Source: Planctomycetota bacterium (GTDB lineage Bacteria > Planctomycetota > Phycisphaerae > UBA1845 > UTPLA1). Taken from it: DNA of 64,000 nt. Under the pieces are notes generated by a model. The model did no database searches. It was not told the origin of the DNA and worked only from the letters and a program-made list of their open reading frames with translations. The position numbers were made by a program, and so were the translations under genes. Below are positions 29,777 through 42,855 of the stretch, one piece after another. Where the stretch lies: positions 113,772 to 177,771 of the forward strand of contig JADJRI010000009.1 in NCBI GenBank assembly GCA_016712275.1, in the 5' to 3' direction. The stretch's first letter is position 1; each line of letters starts with the position of its first letter.

Positions 29777-30861
29777 ATGTTTCGCAAACGTCACCCGCAG
29801 ATGGGCGCGAGCCCCGGCACGCTGTCGATTCACAGTGATTCTCCGATGCCGTTCGTGCACGTGATCGACTACTCGCCCGAAGAACTTCACGAACATGATG
29901 TTCAGCGGATCGCCGACCTCAAGCCGTTCGTCGAAAGCCCGAGCATGTGCTGGATCGATGTGCAGGGATTCGGCGATGAGAAAATCCTGCGCGAGATCGG
30001 CAATCTCATCGATCTTCACCCGCTCGCTCTGGCGGACGCCATCAACGTGCCGCAGCGGCCCAAGGTGGAGACGTACGGCAAACACCTGCTCTGGATCACA
30101 CAGATGGTGATGCCGCAGGCAGGGCACCGCATCCGCACTGAACAGGTGAGCCTCGTTCTTGGACCGAATTATCTCATTACTTTCCAGGAGCGCTATGGCG
30201 ATGTGCTTGACCCCGTCCGCGAACGCATTCGTGCCGGCAAGGGACTCATGCGAAAGTCCGGCCGGACTATCTCGCCTACGCCGTCATCGACGCTGTCATC
30301 GACGGGTACTACCCGATCATGGAGGACTTCGGCGAGCACCTGGAGGAACTGGAGGACGAGATCGTTGCAAGGCCTTATCCGGAATTGCTCCAGCAGATCC
30401 ACCGCGTGAAGCGGGAGATGCTGGCGCTTCGGCGAGCGGTCTGGCCGCAGCGCGAGGCGATCAATCAGCTCATCCGCGATGATTCGGACTTCGTATGCGA
30501 CTCCGTGAAGACTTATCTCCGCGACGCTTACGACCACTGCATCCAGATCATCGATGTGATCGAGACCTACCGCGAGCTCGTCAGCGGCCTCATGGACGTG
30601 TACCTGTCCAGCGTGGCGAACCGCCAGAATGAGGTAATGAAGGTCCTGACCATCACCGCCACCATTTTCATTCCCCTGACTTTCCTGGCGGGCATCTATG
30701 GCATGAACTTCGACGATATGCCGGAGCTGCATGAGTGGTGGGCCTATCCCGTCGTTCTTGTTTTGATGGGACTCATCTCACTCGGGATGCTGTATTACTT
30801 CCGGCGGAAAGGCTGGCTGGGTCGCGCCGATGCCGGGGATAAAAGCGCCGACGCTGATTGA
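29777..30861 (+). CDS. corA: Magnesium/cobalt transporter CorA, frameshifted near 30250
   Basis: The N-terminal cytoplasmic domain is in the 29777 ORF. The C-terminal part is in the 30319 ORF, with YGMNFDDMPELHEWWAYPVVLVLMGLISLGMLYYFRRKGW (GMN motif plus two TM helices). The correct joining frame gives GLMRKSGPDYLAYAVIDAVIDGYYPIMEDFG. Confidence 0.8.
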
Positions 30862-31639
30862 GTGTCGCAATCGTGGCACTGACGGGATTCTTGCGAACCG
30901 CCCCTCGCCGTGATGGACGCTTAAGTCTTTCGGGGGGAATCGCACACCGTCGATGGAAGGCGAACTGTTGAAATCAGGGTGGCCGGTCTCCTTGTTCGTT
31001 GCCCGCCGATCGGTACGCGAAGCAATTCGGGGCGGCCCGCGGATTTGATGCAACTGGTGTCCAGAATTCATCCCAGTCGATGCCGATTCAATGGTGGCAG
31101 GCACCTGCTGCCTAATTCGCACGGCTCGTCCTGCGTTTGTGATTTCTTAGCTTGGGCAGTCTGCCAATCGGGCTACTTGCCGAGCGGCGGATATGTAAGT
31201 ATTTTAATATTAACGGGTTATCGCTATTTTCTGATCGACATTGGGTGGATTGAGGCCAGCGGCGCATAAGCGGGTTTGGGGAGATGTGCCGCATTGCACG
31301 GGCCTGGCGGCTGATGACTTGCGTGCGACGGCGAGTCATCGAGCGGATCGTTTTACGTCGGACTACTCGACCGCGCGATGACGGACAAGCCAAATGTGAT
31401 TCAATTCCTTGTGTGCAGTGGCACACTGGCGGGCGATCTTAATAAATTCCACATCTTCTATTTTCGCTGAAAAAACAGCGGTTTTTGGGCCGTTCGCTTG
31501 CAATCGGACCTTCCGCTCGGATACATTTAGCATCAGTTGGACAGGAAGGCGGCCCGAGTGCCGCAGTGTCAGGCAAATGACCCTCAGCGAAAAGCGCTGT
31601 CGGGGGGAAGAGAAGAAATTCGGAGAGGAAAAGGTAACT

Positions 31640-32378
31640 ATGGTTCGAAAGATTGCAGGCGCAGTACTCGCACTTGCACTCGTCATCAGCGCGAATGTCG
31701 GCACGGCACTCGCGGATGAGACGAATGTGTTCACGTCGGCGTCCATGTCCCTGACATGGAGTGACAACAATGGGACTTCCGGCGACCACGCTTGGAATTG
31801 GACGGGGACCAGCGGAGGTCCCACCTACGACCCGGCTGACGGACAATGGACGATCCCGTCCACAGGTCTGTTCCAGTGGGATTCGGTCCACTTTGATGCC
31901 GATCCGGTGATTTCGGGTAACTTCGCCGTCACCAATAATACGGCGGTCACTCAGACCTTCACGCTGAACATCTCCCATGCCGACGGTATTTGCCGCCGGT
32001 GCGACGACAATCTTCGGCGGTTCTGCGATCAGCATTAACGATGCGGACATCAGCGGACTGGCGACCTTGGGCACCGCCCCGGGCACGTCAATCTACCGAG
32101 CGAAGGTCGATGGCGCGGTCGTTCATTCGCTCTATGGCCCGGGCTATTCCCTCGCCGCGTCCTTCCCGTTTCCGGTGACGAACAGCGATTCGTTGAGCTA
32201 CGCGTTTCTGCCCGGTCCTGCGGGCGTCGCGATTGACATCGGTATCGACCACACGTTCACGCTGTCGCCCGGCGACCGCGCGACGATCAACAGCACCTTT
32301 GTGATCATCCCCGAACCGGCGACGCTTTCACTGCTCGCCTTCGGCGTTGTGGCGATCATTCGCCGCAAGAGTCGATAA
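31640..32378 (+). CDS. PEP-CTERM sorting-domain secreted protein, frameshifted near 31985
   Basis: There is an RBS (GGAGAGGAAAAGG) and an ATG at 31640, followed by a signal peptide (MVRKIAGAVLALALVISANVGTALA). The C-terminus is the PEP-CTERM motif IIPEPATLSLLAFGVVAIIRRKSR. Confidence 0.7.
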
Positions 32379-32411
32379 TCGCTGAAGATCGCAGAATCCA
32401 CGAATAATCTA

Positions 32412-32455
32412 AAGAGGTCGCTTTGCTGAACGGTGAAGCGACCTCTTTTCTTTGA
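32412..32455 (+). terminator. Intrinsic terminator after the PEP-CTERM gene
   Basis: An 11-bp stem (agaggtcgctt / aagcgacctct) is followed by TTTTCTTTG. Confidence 0.6.
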
Positions 32456-32538
32456 GTGCCTGTTCATTCCGTTCGGAGCGCGTCGGATGCTGCACGACCG
32501 GGCTCGTTGGGGGGGGCTGCTAGATGGGCTTTTGAGTG

Positions 32539-33447
32539 TTAGTGCGCGTTCGCCTTGAGGCGTTTCCACTGCTTGCTTGGCAGCGCGCGCCCGAGTGTCG
32601 CCGCGACCACATTGGATGCCGCCGCCACGCCGATCAGATCGACGCCCGTCTCGATTCCCATGCGATCCATGAAGTAGACGAGATCCTCTGTCGCAAGATT
32701 GCCCGCCGCGCCTTTTGCGTACGGACAGCCGCCCAGTCCTCCGGCCGACGCGTCAAAAGTGGCGACACCCAGTCGCAGTCCGGCGTACACATTGGCCAGC
32801 GCCGTCGCGTAGGTGTCATGTAGGTGAAGGGCGATTTTCTCAACCGGTATCTTTTCCGCGATAAAGCCGACAGTCTGATCGATATCGCACGGCGCTGCGG
32901 CGCCGATCGTATCGCTGATGGCGATCTCATCGCACCCCATCGAAAGGAGTCTTAGAGAAACATCCAATACGCGCTCGCGTGAGATTTCGCCTGCGTAAGG
33001 GCAGACGAACGCCGTCGAAACATATCCGCGCACGCTGATGCCCTGGGAAATAGCGGCACGAACGACGGGCTCGAAAACGCCGATCGATTCGTCAACGCTC
33101 ATGTTGATGTTCTTGCGGGTGAATTCATCCGAGGCGGCCGTGAAAACCGCGACTCGCCGGATGCCCGCCTCGATCGCCCGATCCAGCCCTTTCTGATTGG
33201 GAACCAGCGCCGAATAGAACAAGCTGGGCGCATTTGGAAGCGATTTGGCCACGTCGATCGCATCAGCCAGCTGCGGGATGGCCTTTGGGTGGACGAATGA
33301 AGTCGCCTCGATTTGCGTCAGTCCCGCCTCGGCGAGCTTCTGAATGAATGCCAGCTTGGTGGCAGTCGGGATTGGCTCCGGTTCATTTTGAAGTCCGTCG
33401 CGCGGCCCGACTTCAACGATCTTTACGCGCTGCGGAAGCGTCGCCAT
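32539..33447 (-). CDS. Hydroxymethylglutaryl-CoA lyase
   Basis: The DRE-TIM HMGL-like motifs are present: VKIVEVGPRDGLQNE, HLHDTYATALANVYAGLRLGVATFDASAGGLGGCPYAKGAAGNLATEDLVY. Confidence 0.85.
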   Translation of the reverse strand: MATLPQRVKIVEVGPRDGLQNEPEPIPTATKLAFIQKLAEAGLTQIEATSFVHPKAIPQLADAIDVAKSLPNAPSLFYSALVPNQKGLDRAIEAGIRRVAVFTAASDEFTRKNINMSVDESIGVFEPVVRAAISQGISVRGYVSTAFVCPYAGEISRERVLDVSLRLLSMGCDEIAISDTIGAAAPCDIDQTVGFIAEKIPVEKIALHLHDTYATALANVYAGLRLGVATFDASAGGLGGCPYAKGAAGNLATEDLVYFMDRMGIETGVDLIGVAAASNVVAATLGRALPSKQWKRLKANAH

Positions 33448-33448
33448 C

Positions 33449-33973
33449 TTAAATCGGCTCCATCTTCAGCAGAACTTTTCCCATCTCGACGAGTTCCCCG
33501 GCGCCGCAGGAGATTTCCTTTACGCGGCCGTCTCTTGGCGCGGAGAGCGTCATCTCCATCTTCATTGATTCCATGACAACCAGTGCCTGGTGCGCCTGAA
33601 ATGAATCCCCCGGCTTCACGAGCAGCTTGAGAATGGTGCCCGGCATCGGCGCTGTGATGGCGTTGCCCGCTGGGCCCGCCGCCGCGGCATCCACCGCCGC
33701 CCGCCGCGCCCCGGACTCAACCGCTTCAAAGGCGTGTACGGTTCCGTCGAGCCAGACCTGCGCCTTGCCGTCGGAGGCGGCCGTGCAGAATCGGTGAATC
33801 ACTCCGTGAATGCGAATCCAGCCCGAGCCGTCGCCCTCATCGTGAATTTCGATTTCAGTTTTGACGTCGCCGATCTGAAGGACGTATGCCCCGTCGCGGC
33901 CGTCGGAGCGGCGTTCGAGCTGCACCGATGTCGGCTCCGCCTGGCCGGCTGCTTTGAGTAGCGATTTGAACAT
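33449..33973 (-). CDS. Biotinyl/lipoyl-domain protein (BCCP-like)
   Basis: The C-terminal biotinylation motif is ALVVMESMKMEMTLSAPRDGRV. The stop is 1 nt from the HMG-CoA lyase start. Confidence 0.6.
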   Translation of the reverse strand: MFKSLLKAAGQAEPTSVQLERRSDGRDGAYVLQIGDVKTEIEIHDEGDGSGWIRIHGVIHRFCTAASDGKAQVWLDGTVHAFEAVESGARRAAVDAAAAGPAGNAITAPMPGTILKLLVKPGDSFQAHQALVVMESMKMEMTLSAPRDGRVKEISCGAGELVEMGKVLLKMEPI

Positions 33974-34051
33974 GCCGTCAGATTAGGGCGGCCCGAAGTG
34001 GAATGCAATGAAGCGGGGCAGTTGCGGTCGCCTGAGCGGAGGGCAGGCCCG

Positions 34052-34957
34052 TCAGTTCTGCGGGCCGCCCGTCTGATTCTGAATCTTCTTCAGGGCTTCG
34101 CTCAATTCCTCGCTGTAGTTTCCGCTCTGAATCTGCTTCAGCAGCTCCGCGGCCTTTTCCCGGTTCGCGGGGTCCAGAAGGCTGCCGTTCAAAGCGCCGA
34201 ACTGATCGCTGCCATCGAGCGCCGCCTTAACGGTTGGCAGCTTCGCCAGGACATTGTGATTTCGAACGAGATCGCGGATCGGGCTTGAGTCGATCTCCTC
34301 ATTGAGCCGAACGATCGTCGTCGCGAGCACGTGTCTGGGCGAACCGGCCACGGTATCGGGATGGTGTGCAACCTCCCTCGCCTGCGGACCGAGCAGCGCT
34401 GCGCTCCAGCAGAGCGCGAGCACAACCAGACCGCCTTCCAGCGCTCCGATCGATGTCCCAGTGAAGCGATCCGTTCCACGAAGGATCGGCCGCTTCAGGA
34501 TGACCTTTTCGCGAACCTTTCGAACGACCGTCGTTGTCACGATCATCGTGAGCAGTACGGCGAGGCCGCAGGCAATCAAGTTGCCAATCGTGCTGGGCTG
34601 TCCGCCGTTCATTAACTTGATGGCGGGTTCAGCGAAGTTCGGTCTGGCCGACACGAGCACCATGAGCGCAATCGTCACGGGCAGCATGACAATCTTCCGG
34701 AAGCCGCCGCGCCACAGGCCGTGAAGACCGGCCATGCCGATGATGGCCGTCGCGCCCTGACCAAGAAGGGAGTTGGATTCGTGGCCGAAGTAGAGTCCGG
34801 TCCCGACGGCGCCGAATATCAGTCCGACGCCGAGCCAGGGGAAACTGCTCTTTGACGCGGACTTGTCGAACACAAAATCCGTCTCCCGACGGCCGCTGCG
34901 CGGGGCAGCCTGGGCGGCGTTTCGATTGATCACCGGGGGTTTTCGAACGGCATCCAT
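34052..34957 (-). CDS. CvpA-family membrane protein
   Basis: There are four hydrophobic segments plus a soluble C-terminal domain. This is a composition and topology call. Confidence 0.5.
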   Translation of the reverse strand: MDAVRKPPVINRNAAQAAPRSGRRETDFVFDKSASKSSFPWLGVGLIFGAVGTGLYFGHESNSLLGQGATAIIGMAGLHGLWRGGFRKIVMLPVTIALMVLVSARPNFAEPAIKLMNGGQPSTIGNLIACGLAVLLTMIVTTTVVRKVREKVILKRPILRGTDRFTGTSIGALEGGLVVLALCWSAALLGPQAREVAHHPDTVAGSPRHVLATTIVRLNEEIDSSPIRDLVRNHNVLAKLPTVKAALDGSDQFGALNGSLLDPANREKAAELLKQIQSGNYSEELSEALKKIQNQTGGPQN

Positions 34958-35182
34958 ATTATCGCCCCTTCATCCTGCGATCGTGGTCTATGGAATCTGT
35001 ATCCTCTATCGGTTGAGATTGTACGTTGGAATATTCTGTAAAAGGGGCCGATTCGAGAAAAACCGATGATTTGGAATCGGGAAGGGGCTGGGGGCCCGCC
35101 GCCATTCGATTCGATGGCGGCTTGGCATCGGCATTGCGGACCGGCCGATGTGTGATAGGACGGCGGGGAAGTACCTTTCATC

Positions 35183-35657
35183 TCAATTCGAGGGCGGTTC
35201 GTTGTCTGCAACAAGAGCGATCAGCTTCTTAATCACCTCACCCACCGTGGGGGATGATTTTCTGCCCAGTGGCTCAAAGGCCGCATAGAGATCCTCAGAG
35301 TCTAATTTCAATCCGAGTTCTTGTTCCATATCGAGGACAATTGTGAGAATGTCGAGACTGTCATAAAGGGGGAGCTCCGCCAAATCCGGGTAAAAGCGAT
35401 CGGTTGCCCGCAGCGATGCAGCGTCGATTTTCCCAACTTTGGCGAACGTACGCCGCGCGCCGAGTGCCAACCGCCTCCTCGGTTCCCGTGGCAATTTCCA
35501 ACTCCGACAGAAATTCCGCATCTTCAGTGGGCGTGCGTGAATTGAATCGGTCGATGGCCCGTCGTTCCCGGCGACGAAGCCATAGCACACTCAGGACGAA
35601 GAATAGAATCCCCGCACCGACGACCGCCATCAGAATTGTGTGTTTTTCAATGGCCAT
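35183..35657 (-). CDS. Possible carrier-protein-like small protein (two overlapping ORFs, possibly frameshifted)
   Basis: The sequence PLYDSLDILTIVLDMEQELGLKLD resembles a phosphopantetheine-attachment site (DSL). The overlapping ORF encodes an N-terminal TM helix. Confidence 0.3.
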
Positions 35658-35766
35658 GTCGGCTTGATGCCGAATCTAAATCAATCTTCGTTTGCGAATG
35701 AACCGGCATGCGGAGCTATGCGGTACACAGGACTACCAATCTTGTTCTTGCCCATATGAAGGGTGA

Positions 35767-36752
<986 letters not shown>

Positions 36753-37088
36753 GCTGTATTCTCCGAGTCCGGGCTTGCCTGCGTCAGAGGACGATCCCTC
36801 ACCCGGACGATGGTATTTGAGGCGTGCCGGGCGACGATGTCGACACGTCGATGGGGTCTAATCCTCGCTGTTTTCGTCGGAGTTCGGGCGACAGGCAGGC
36901 AATTACTTTAGAACCGGGGCGTTTCGCCTCGAATCGCGGGATTCCATCACTGAAAGGGCGCTTAATGATGGAAATCGTCGATTGTTAAGTCCAGAATAGG
37001 TCCTTCGTGCCTTCGGGATCGTTGCGTTGGTGACTTCGCACCGAAAGGCGCAACCTCATCTGGACCGACAGCCACGGAGCTCCCAATC

Positions 37089-37457
37089 ATGGCGAACAAT
37101 CGCGTCGTGCACTTCGAGATTCCCGCAAACGATCCGGCCGCGCTGACAAAGTTCTACGCCGCGGTCTTCGGCTGGAACTTCTCGAAGGTCGACCTGCCCG
37201 GCCCGGAATACTGGCTTTGCGATACCGGATCCGAAGGCCCCGGCATCAACGGTGCGATCATGCAGCGCCAGGATCCGCGACAACCCTGGATGAACTACAT
37301 CGATGTCGCCAGCATTGCGGACGCGCTCGCGACCGCAACGAAACTCGGCGCGACCGTTGCGATTCCGCGCACGCCCGTCGGCGACATCGGCGCGATCGGT
37401 GCGTTCATCGATCCCCAGGGGAACATCTGCGGACTCTGGGAGCAGAACGCGCGATAG
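37089..37457 (+). CDS. VOC/glyoxalase-family protein
   Basis: A 122-aa protein with HFEIPANDPAALTKFYAAVFGW and GAFIDPQGNICGLWE. Confidence 0.6.
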   Translation: MANNRVVHFEIPANDPAALTKFYAAVFGWNFSKVDLPGPEYWLCDTGSEGPGINGAIMQRQDPRQPWMNYIDVASIADALATATKLGATVAIPRTPVGDIGAIGAFIDPQGNICGLWEQNAR

Positions 37458-37662
37458 TTCGACGACGCCGCAGGTCAATGGCCGGCACAGGTGATGACTT
37501 GCGTCCCGAGTACCGCCTGCTATTGTAATTCGCGGTTGGCGACGGCCTGCGAGGGAATAATTCCGCGCGCCGTTGCAATACGAAATCCGATGATAGTCGG
37601 TCGAATTGTCCGGTCTGTTTTGCTCGGAAGGTGCAGGCCCGGCGAATGGAGGAGCGCAGCGA

Positions 37663-38648
37663 TGGCGACTGAGAACGGTTGGTTCTACGCAAACAACACC
37701 GAACCCGTCGGGCCGATGACGCTCGCCGAACTCATCGCCAAGCTGCCGACGCTTCAGGGTCTTGAGACGCTGGTCTATGGGCCCAACGTCGCCAACTGGA
37801 CCAAGGCGCGCCATGTGGCCTCCATCGCGGAGACGTTTCGCGGCCATGCCGGGCCGCCGCCCGCGCCGAAGAACCGTGTCGCGGACGAGATTGATTACGA
37901 GATATTCGGCGACGACATGCAGTTCGTCGAAATCACACTGGACCCGAACGAGGTCGTGATCGCGGAGGCCGGCGCGATGATGTACATGACGCAGGGCATC
38001 CAGATGCAGACGGTCTTCGGCGATCCCTCAAAGCAGCAGGGGTTTATGGGCAAGCTGTTTGACGCCGGCAAGCGGATGATCACCGGCGAATCGCTCTTCC
38101 TTACGACGTTTGGGGCGATGAGCAACCAGCGCGAAAAGGTCGCGTTCGCCTCGCCTTATCCCGGTAAAATCGTGCCGATGCCGCTCGATCAGATGGGCGG
38201 CGAGATTCTCTGCCAGAAGAATGCGTTCCTCTGCGCGGCTCGCGGCGTGCAGATTGACATCGCATTCCAGAAGAAAATCGGCGTCGCGCTCTTCGGCGGC
38301 GAAGGGTTCATCCTTCAGCGCCTCCGCGGCGACGGTTACGCCTTTGTCCATGCCGGCGGCACGATTGTCCGCCGCGATCTCGCGCCGGGCGAGGATCTGC
38401 GCGTCGATACGGGTTGCCTCGTCGCATTCCAGCCGTCGGTCAGCTACGACATCGCGAGCGCCGGCGGCATCAAGACATCGCTCTTCGGCGGCGAAGGCAT
38501 CTTCCTTGCGAGCCTGCGAGGCCCCGGGGCGGTCTGGCTTCAGTCGCTGCCGTTCTCGCGACTCGCGGGACGGATCGTCGGCACCTACTCGATGGGCAAG
38601 GGCGAAGGCTCGGTGCTGGGCGGCTTGGCCAATATCTTTGAGAAATAA
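37663..38648 (+). CDS. GYF-like (DUF4339) + AIM24/TIGR00266-family protein
   Basis: An RBS (GGAGGAG) is followed by an ATG at 37663. The N-terminal GYF-like region is [22 protein letters not shown]. The rest has AIM24-type beta repeats ([23 protein letters not shown]...[21 protein letters not shown]). Confidence 0.6.
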
Positions 38649-38697
38649 GCGACATGCTGTTGCGCTCATTGAGACGACCTTTTGCCCTTCGCCTGCC

Positions 38698-39501
38698 TCA
38701 TTTTTTGGCGGCGATTCTCGACTTGGTTTCTTCGACCATTTTGTTGAGTTCATCCAGGTCCGTGATGAACGTCACGTGTCCATCGAGAAAGAGAACATTT
38801 GCACCTTCGTATTGATGGTTTTCCGGTCGCTCATACAGTAGTACACTGTTTGGCGGGTCGTTGATCGTTTGCCCCGAAATGTAGATGAAGCACGAAGCAA
38901 GTTCCTCATCGCTCGGGCTCTGGCCTAGTTCGACAGCAGTGCTTGGACAAATGAACTGTCTGCTCGTCGCGTTGTTTTCCTTGATCACGGTCGAAATCGA
39001 GTCTGGAAAACGCTGCGTATCCATCGCGCTAATGTAGAGGGCCTGCCCGATTCCGCGAAGATTTGCCGAGCAGACCGTTCGCTTCGACAGCTCTCGCGCC
39101 CGCGAAAGCGCCGGCATCAGAATCGATGCCCCCATACCGATCGACGCCGCATTGAGCGAAAAACCCGGGCTCGACGCCATCGGCCATGGCCCGAACGCCA
39201 TCGCAAGCGAGCCGCCTTCCACCTGTCGCGTGCTTCGAACTTCGCCGAACGTATGCGCCGTGAGCGTCCGCAGCGATGGGATCGCGGTTACGTCGACGTC
39301 AATTCCCTGCCCTTGTGCCATCGATGTGCCCATCTGAAGCAGGATCAGTCCGATGGGATAAAACGTCTCGATGCCGTATCGCGTATCGACGTAGCTCCAT
39401 GCCGACTCGGGCTGGCCTATGATTTTTTTCGCCCTTACTACGTCGGGATGTCCCAGAATGGAATCCTCATCGCTCTTGATCGCCGCCAGCCGATCCAGCA
39501 C
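38698..39501 (-). CDS. DUF1559 (H-X9-DG) domain protein with a degenerate prepilin-like segment
   Basis: The C-terminal part has the DUF1559 hallmark GANVLFLDGHVTFI. An internal segment resembles the N-terminal part of planctomycete pilin-like proteins (GFSLNAASIGMGASILMPALSRARELSKRTVCSANLRGIGQALY). The ORF begins with GTG and overlaps the upstream ORF by 35 nt. Confidence 0.55.
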   Translation of the reverse strand: MLDRLAAIKSDEDSILGHPDVVRAKKIIGQPESAWSYVDTRYGIETFYPIGLILLQMGTSMAQGQGIDVDVTAIPSLRTLTAHTFGEVRSTRQVEGGSLAMAFGPWPMASSPGFSLNAASIGMGASILMPALSRARELSKRTVCSANLRGIGQALYISAMDTQRFPDSISTVIKENNATSRQFICPSTAVELGQSPSDEELASCFIYISGQTINDPPNSVLLYERPENHQYEGANVLFLDGHVTFITDLDELNKMVEETKSRIAAKK

Positions 39502-40968
39502 TGGTAACCATCTGCGGATAAAGCCCGAATATCAGATGATCCCCGTCAAGCGTCCATGCGGGCGAAATCGCCATCGGCAGCCCGCCGACATTGATGAAAG
39601 TTATCTTGTGTTCGCGATGATCAATCGTCCGCGTTTCGATCCGGAGTTCACCCATCGGCGTCTGACGCGGGGCCTGTGCAGCTGCCATGCGGATCAGAGT
39701 TTCAACGCGCGACGCGAACTGTTCGCCGTCCTTGACCTTGATCGAGAGTGTTACGCCGGTGAAGAAGAGGCCTCCGGCGTCGCGGGAATCATAGACCACC
39801 CACGTATCGTCCAGCAGCGCGAGGAACTCTTCGTCGAGCTTAAAGCCGATCATCCCCTCCACCATCGCGACGCCCTGATCAACGTTGTCTTTCGCGCCCG
39901 GAAACTCCTTTACAGCAGCGAGAATCGACCGATACGCGCCAGCAAGATCAAACTTGAACGCGCTTGCCCAGATCACGTTGCGGGGAATGCGGCGCAGGTC
40001 ATCATCCGTTAGCTTTGATTCACTCGCGGCGAACAGTCCCTTCCCGCCGTCGGGCGTAAACTGAAAAAGCCCCGAGACACAGCCGCCGTCGCGATAGTGG
40101 TTCTCCCAGAGCATTCCGTCGAGCGTATCCAGGCCAAGGCCAGTGATCACCTTTTCGGCCGTCGCCAGCGCCTCCGGATCACCGCCGTTCGTCATCGGCA
40201 TCATGCTGCGCGTAATTTCAAGGGCGCCGGCGACGTTGACATAGGCCATCGTCGCGCGCGTCTCATTTCCGCCGCCGATGTGCTTCCGCCCGAGAGTCAC
40301 ACACTTGGCAGCCGCCAGCGACCCCTCGGTCTTTCCGCCCAGCCGCGCCGCGAGGTCCTTCGCCGCCTTTTCGCCGACCGTCAGAACAAAGCTGTCTTCA
40401 AGTTTCCCGTAATAGAGTCCGTCGCCGACAGGCATCGGCAGCTTCGTCAGTGAACTCGCCCCGACGAGAGCAATCTCCGGCGGCGGCGCATCGAGCCGCT
40501 GGAAAATCTGGTCGACCGTCTTCACCATCCGGTCCGCCTCTTCCGCGCCGCATCGGCAGAAGACCGCAACGCTGACCACCGGCGCCGGCCCCGCCTTTCC
40601 CATCTCAAACGAATAGACCGCCAGCGCCGTCGGAAATGTGTAAAATGCCTTCGCGAGTCGCTTTGCATCCCGATAGACCGGCCCGAGCTTTTCTTCTTCG
40701 GCGCCTTTCTGGATTGCCTGATCAATCACCGTGAAGATGGCCTCTTCAAAGCGCTTCACCTCAGGCTCGTCGCGAAGGTCGCCCCAGGCCGTGCCCTTCG
40801 ACATTTTGTCGCAGGCCTTCTGCCCGGCGTGGCCGAAAAAGAGCAGCACATCGTCTGGAACAAGCGTGGCGAGGTCGTCGCCGGCGAAAACCGGCGGGGT
40901 CAGGGTGAACGCCAGGGCGATAGCGGCGGCGATGGCCGACCAGCGGGTCGCATTCGTGCCTAACATGG
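39467..40968 (-). CDS. Secreted hypothetical protein (about 500 aa)
   Basis: An RBS (GGAGAT) is followed by an ATG at 40968. The signal peptide is MLGTNATRWSAIAAAIALAFTLTPPVFAGDD. I do not recognise the family. Confidence 0.45.
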
Positions 40969-41244
40969 GTATCTCCTTCAAGGGTGCCCGATTAGCGGAA
41001 GGGGGATTCATTAATCCCCAGTTTCCCTCCGTCTGACGAATCATGTTACCCGCTCGCGACACGCCGGGCCAACTCGGATCGATCTTGCGAGGGCGAATCA
41101 ATCGCCGAATCACGGGTTGGGTGATATCACAAGAGTTGCTCATCGATCCGGCACGTTTCGATGACCGGCCCGCGCGGTAGTCCTTGCACGTGAAGCAGTT
41201 AAACTCACGCCTGAAAATTCACCACGCGGAGGGTACACGCGCCG

Positions 41245-42855
41245 ATGGACGTCCTGCATAGCAAGCTGAGCAGTTCCGATCCGGTCTTCAAGGAAAACAC
41301 TGACCACATGGCGGGGCTCGTCAAAGACCTGCGTCGTCGCGTCGCCGTCGTGAAGCAGGGGGGCGGCGAGGCGGCGGTCGCCAAGCATCGCGGTCGCGGC
41401 AAGCTCGTCGCGCGCGATCGCATCGACCGGCTGATCGATCAGGACAGCCCCTTTCTTGAATTGAGTCCGCTCGCCGCCAACGACCTGTACGACAACGGCG
41501 CGCCGTCGGCCGGCATGGTCAGCGGTATCGGCCGCGTGCAGGGTCGCGAGTGTGTCATCGTCGCGAACGATGCGACTGTGAAGGGCGGCACCTATTACCC
41601 GATGACGGTGAAGAAGCACCTGCGGGCGCAGGAGATCGCTCGCGAGAATCACCTGCCGTGCATTTACCTGGTCGATTCGGGCGGCGCGTTTCTGCCGATG
41701 CAGGACGAGGTCTTCCCCGATCGCGACCATTTCGGGCGCATCTTCTACAACCAGGCGCAAATGTCGGCGCTCGGTATTCCGCAGATCGCCGTCGTCATGG
41801 GGTCGTGCACCGCGGGTGGGGCGTATGTTCCCGCGATGAGCGACGAGACGGTGATCGTCCGAAACCAGGGGACGATCTTTCTCGGCGGCCCGCCGCTTGT
41901 GAAGGCTGCGACGGGAGAGGAAGTCAGCGCCGAGGATCTGGGCGGCGCGGATGTTCACTGTCGCACCAGCGGCGTGGCGGATCACTATGCGTTGAACGAT
42001 GAAGATGCGCTTGCCATCACACGGAGCATCGTCGCGAATTTCAATACGAAGCCGCGATCACACATCGGCATGACCGCGGCCGAGGAGCCGTTGTACGATC
42101 CGCGCGAAATCTATGGCGTGATCAACAAGGATATTCGCAAGCCATACGATGTACGCGAGGTCATCGCGCGAATCGTGGATGGCAGCCGGCTGCACGAGTT
42201 CAAAGCGCTGTACGGCAACACGCTCGTCACGGGCTTCGCGCACATCTGGGGATATCCCGTCGGCATTGTCGCGAACAACGGTGTGCTCTTCAGTGAGAGT
42301 GCCCAGAAGGCGGCACACTTCATTGAGATGTGCAGCGTGCGGCGGATACCGCTTGTCTTTCTACAGAACATCACCGGGTTCATGGTCGGCCGGAAATATG
42401 AGTCGGGCGGCATCGCGAAGGACGGCGCGAAGATGGTAGCGGCTGTGTCCAACGCGAGCGTGCCCAAGTTCACCGTCATCATCGGCGGCTCCTACGGGGC
42501 GGGGAATTACGGCATGTGCGGCCGGGCGTATCAGCCGCGGTTTCTGTGGATGTGGCCCAACGCGCGGATCAGCGTGATGGGCGGCGAGCAGGCGGCCAAC
42601 GTGCTTCTCACGGTCAAGAAGGACCAGCTCGCGGCGAAGGGTGGCAAGGCGATGACATCCGGCGAGGAGGAGGAGTTCAAGCGGCCCACGCTGGAGAAGT
42701 ATGATGTCGAAGGCAGTGCGTATTACAGCACGGCGCGGCTGTGGGACGACGGCGTCATTGATCCGGCGGACACGCGGATGGTGCTGGGGCTCGGCATCTC
42801 GGCGAGTCTGAATGCGCCGTGGCCTGAGCGGAAAGTCGGCGTGTTCCGCATGTAA
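41245..42855 (+). CDS. Methylcrotonyl-CoA/propionyl-CoA carboxylase beta subunit (carboxyltransferase)
   Basis: A 536-aa intact ORF with carboxyltransferase N and C domains ([28 protein letters not shown]; [19 protein letters not shown]; [18 protein letters not shown]). Confidence 0.85.
   Translation: MDVLHSKLSSSDPVFKENTDHMAGLVKDLRRRVAVVKQGGGEAAVAKHRGRGKLVARDRIDRLIDQDSPFLELSPLAANDLYDNGAPSAGMVSGIGRVQGRECVIVANDATVKGGTYYPMTVKKHLRAQEIARENHLPCIYLVDSGGAFLPMQDEVFPDRDHFGRIFYNQAQMSALGIPQIAVVMGSCTAGGAYVPAMSDETVIVRNQGTIFLGGPPLVKAATGEEVSAEDLGGADVHCRTSGVADHYALNDEDALAITRSIVANFNTKPRSHIGMTAAEEPLYDPREIYGVINKDIRKPYDVREVIARIVDGSRLHEFKALYGNTLVTGFAHIWGYPVGIVANNGVLFSESAQKAAHFIEMCSVRRIPLVFLQNITGFMVGRKYESGGIAKDGAKMVAAVSNASVPKFTVIIGGSYGAGNYGMCGRAYQPRFLWMWPNARISVMGGEQAANVLLTVKKDQLAAKGGKAMTSGEEEEFKRPTLEKYDVEGSAYYSTARLWDDGVIDPADTRMVLGLGISASLNAPWPERKVGVFRM

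Noticed and set aside
41140-41985. Long Arg/Pro/His-rich ORFs on the strand opposite to clear genes. This one and, for example, 3158..3904, 5536..5967, 12701..13255, 14689..15576, 42361..44838, 43490..44860 and 63055..63930.
   Set aside because: The amino-acid composition is typical of the antisense strand of high-GC coding DNA. There are no motifs, and they overlap well-supported genes on the other strand.
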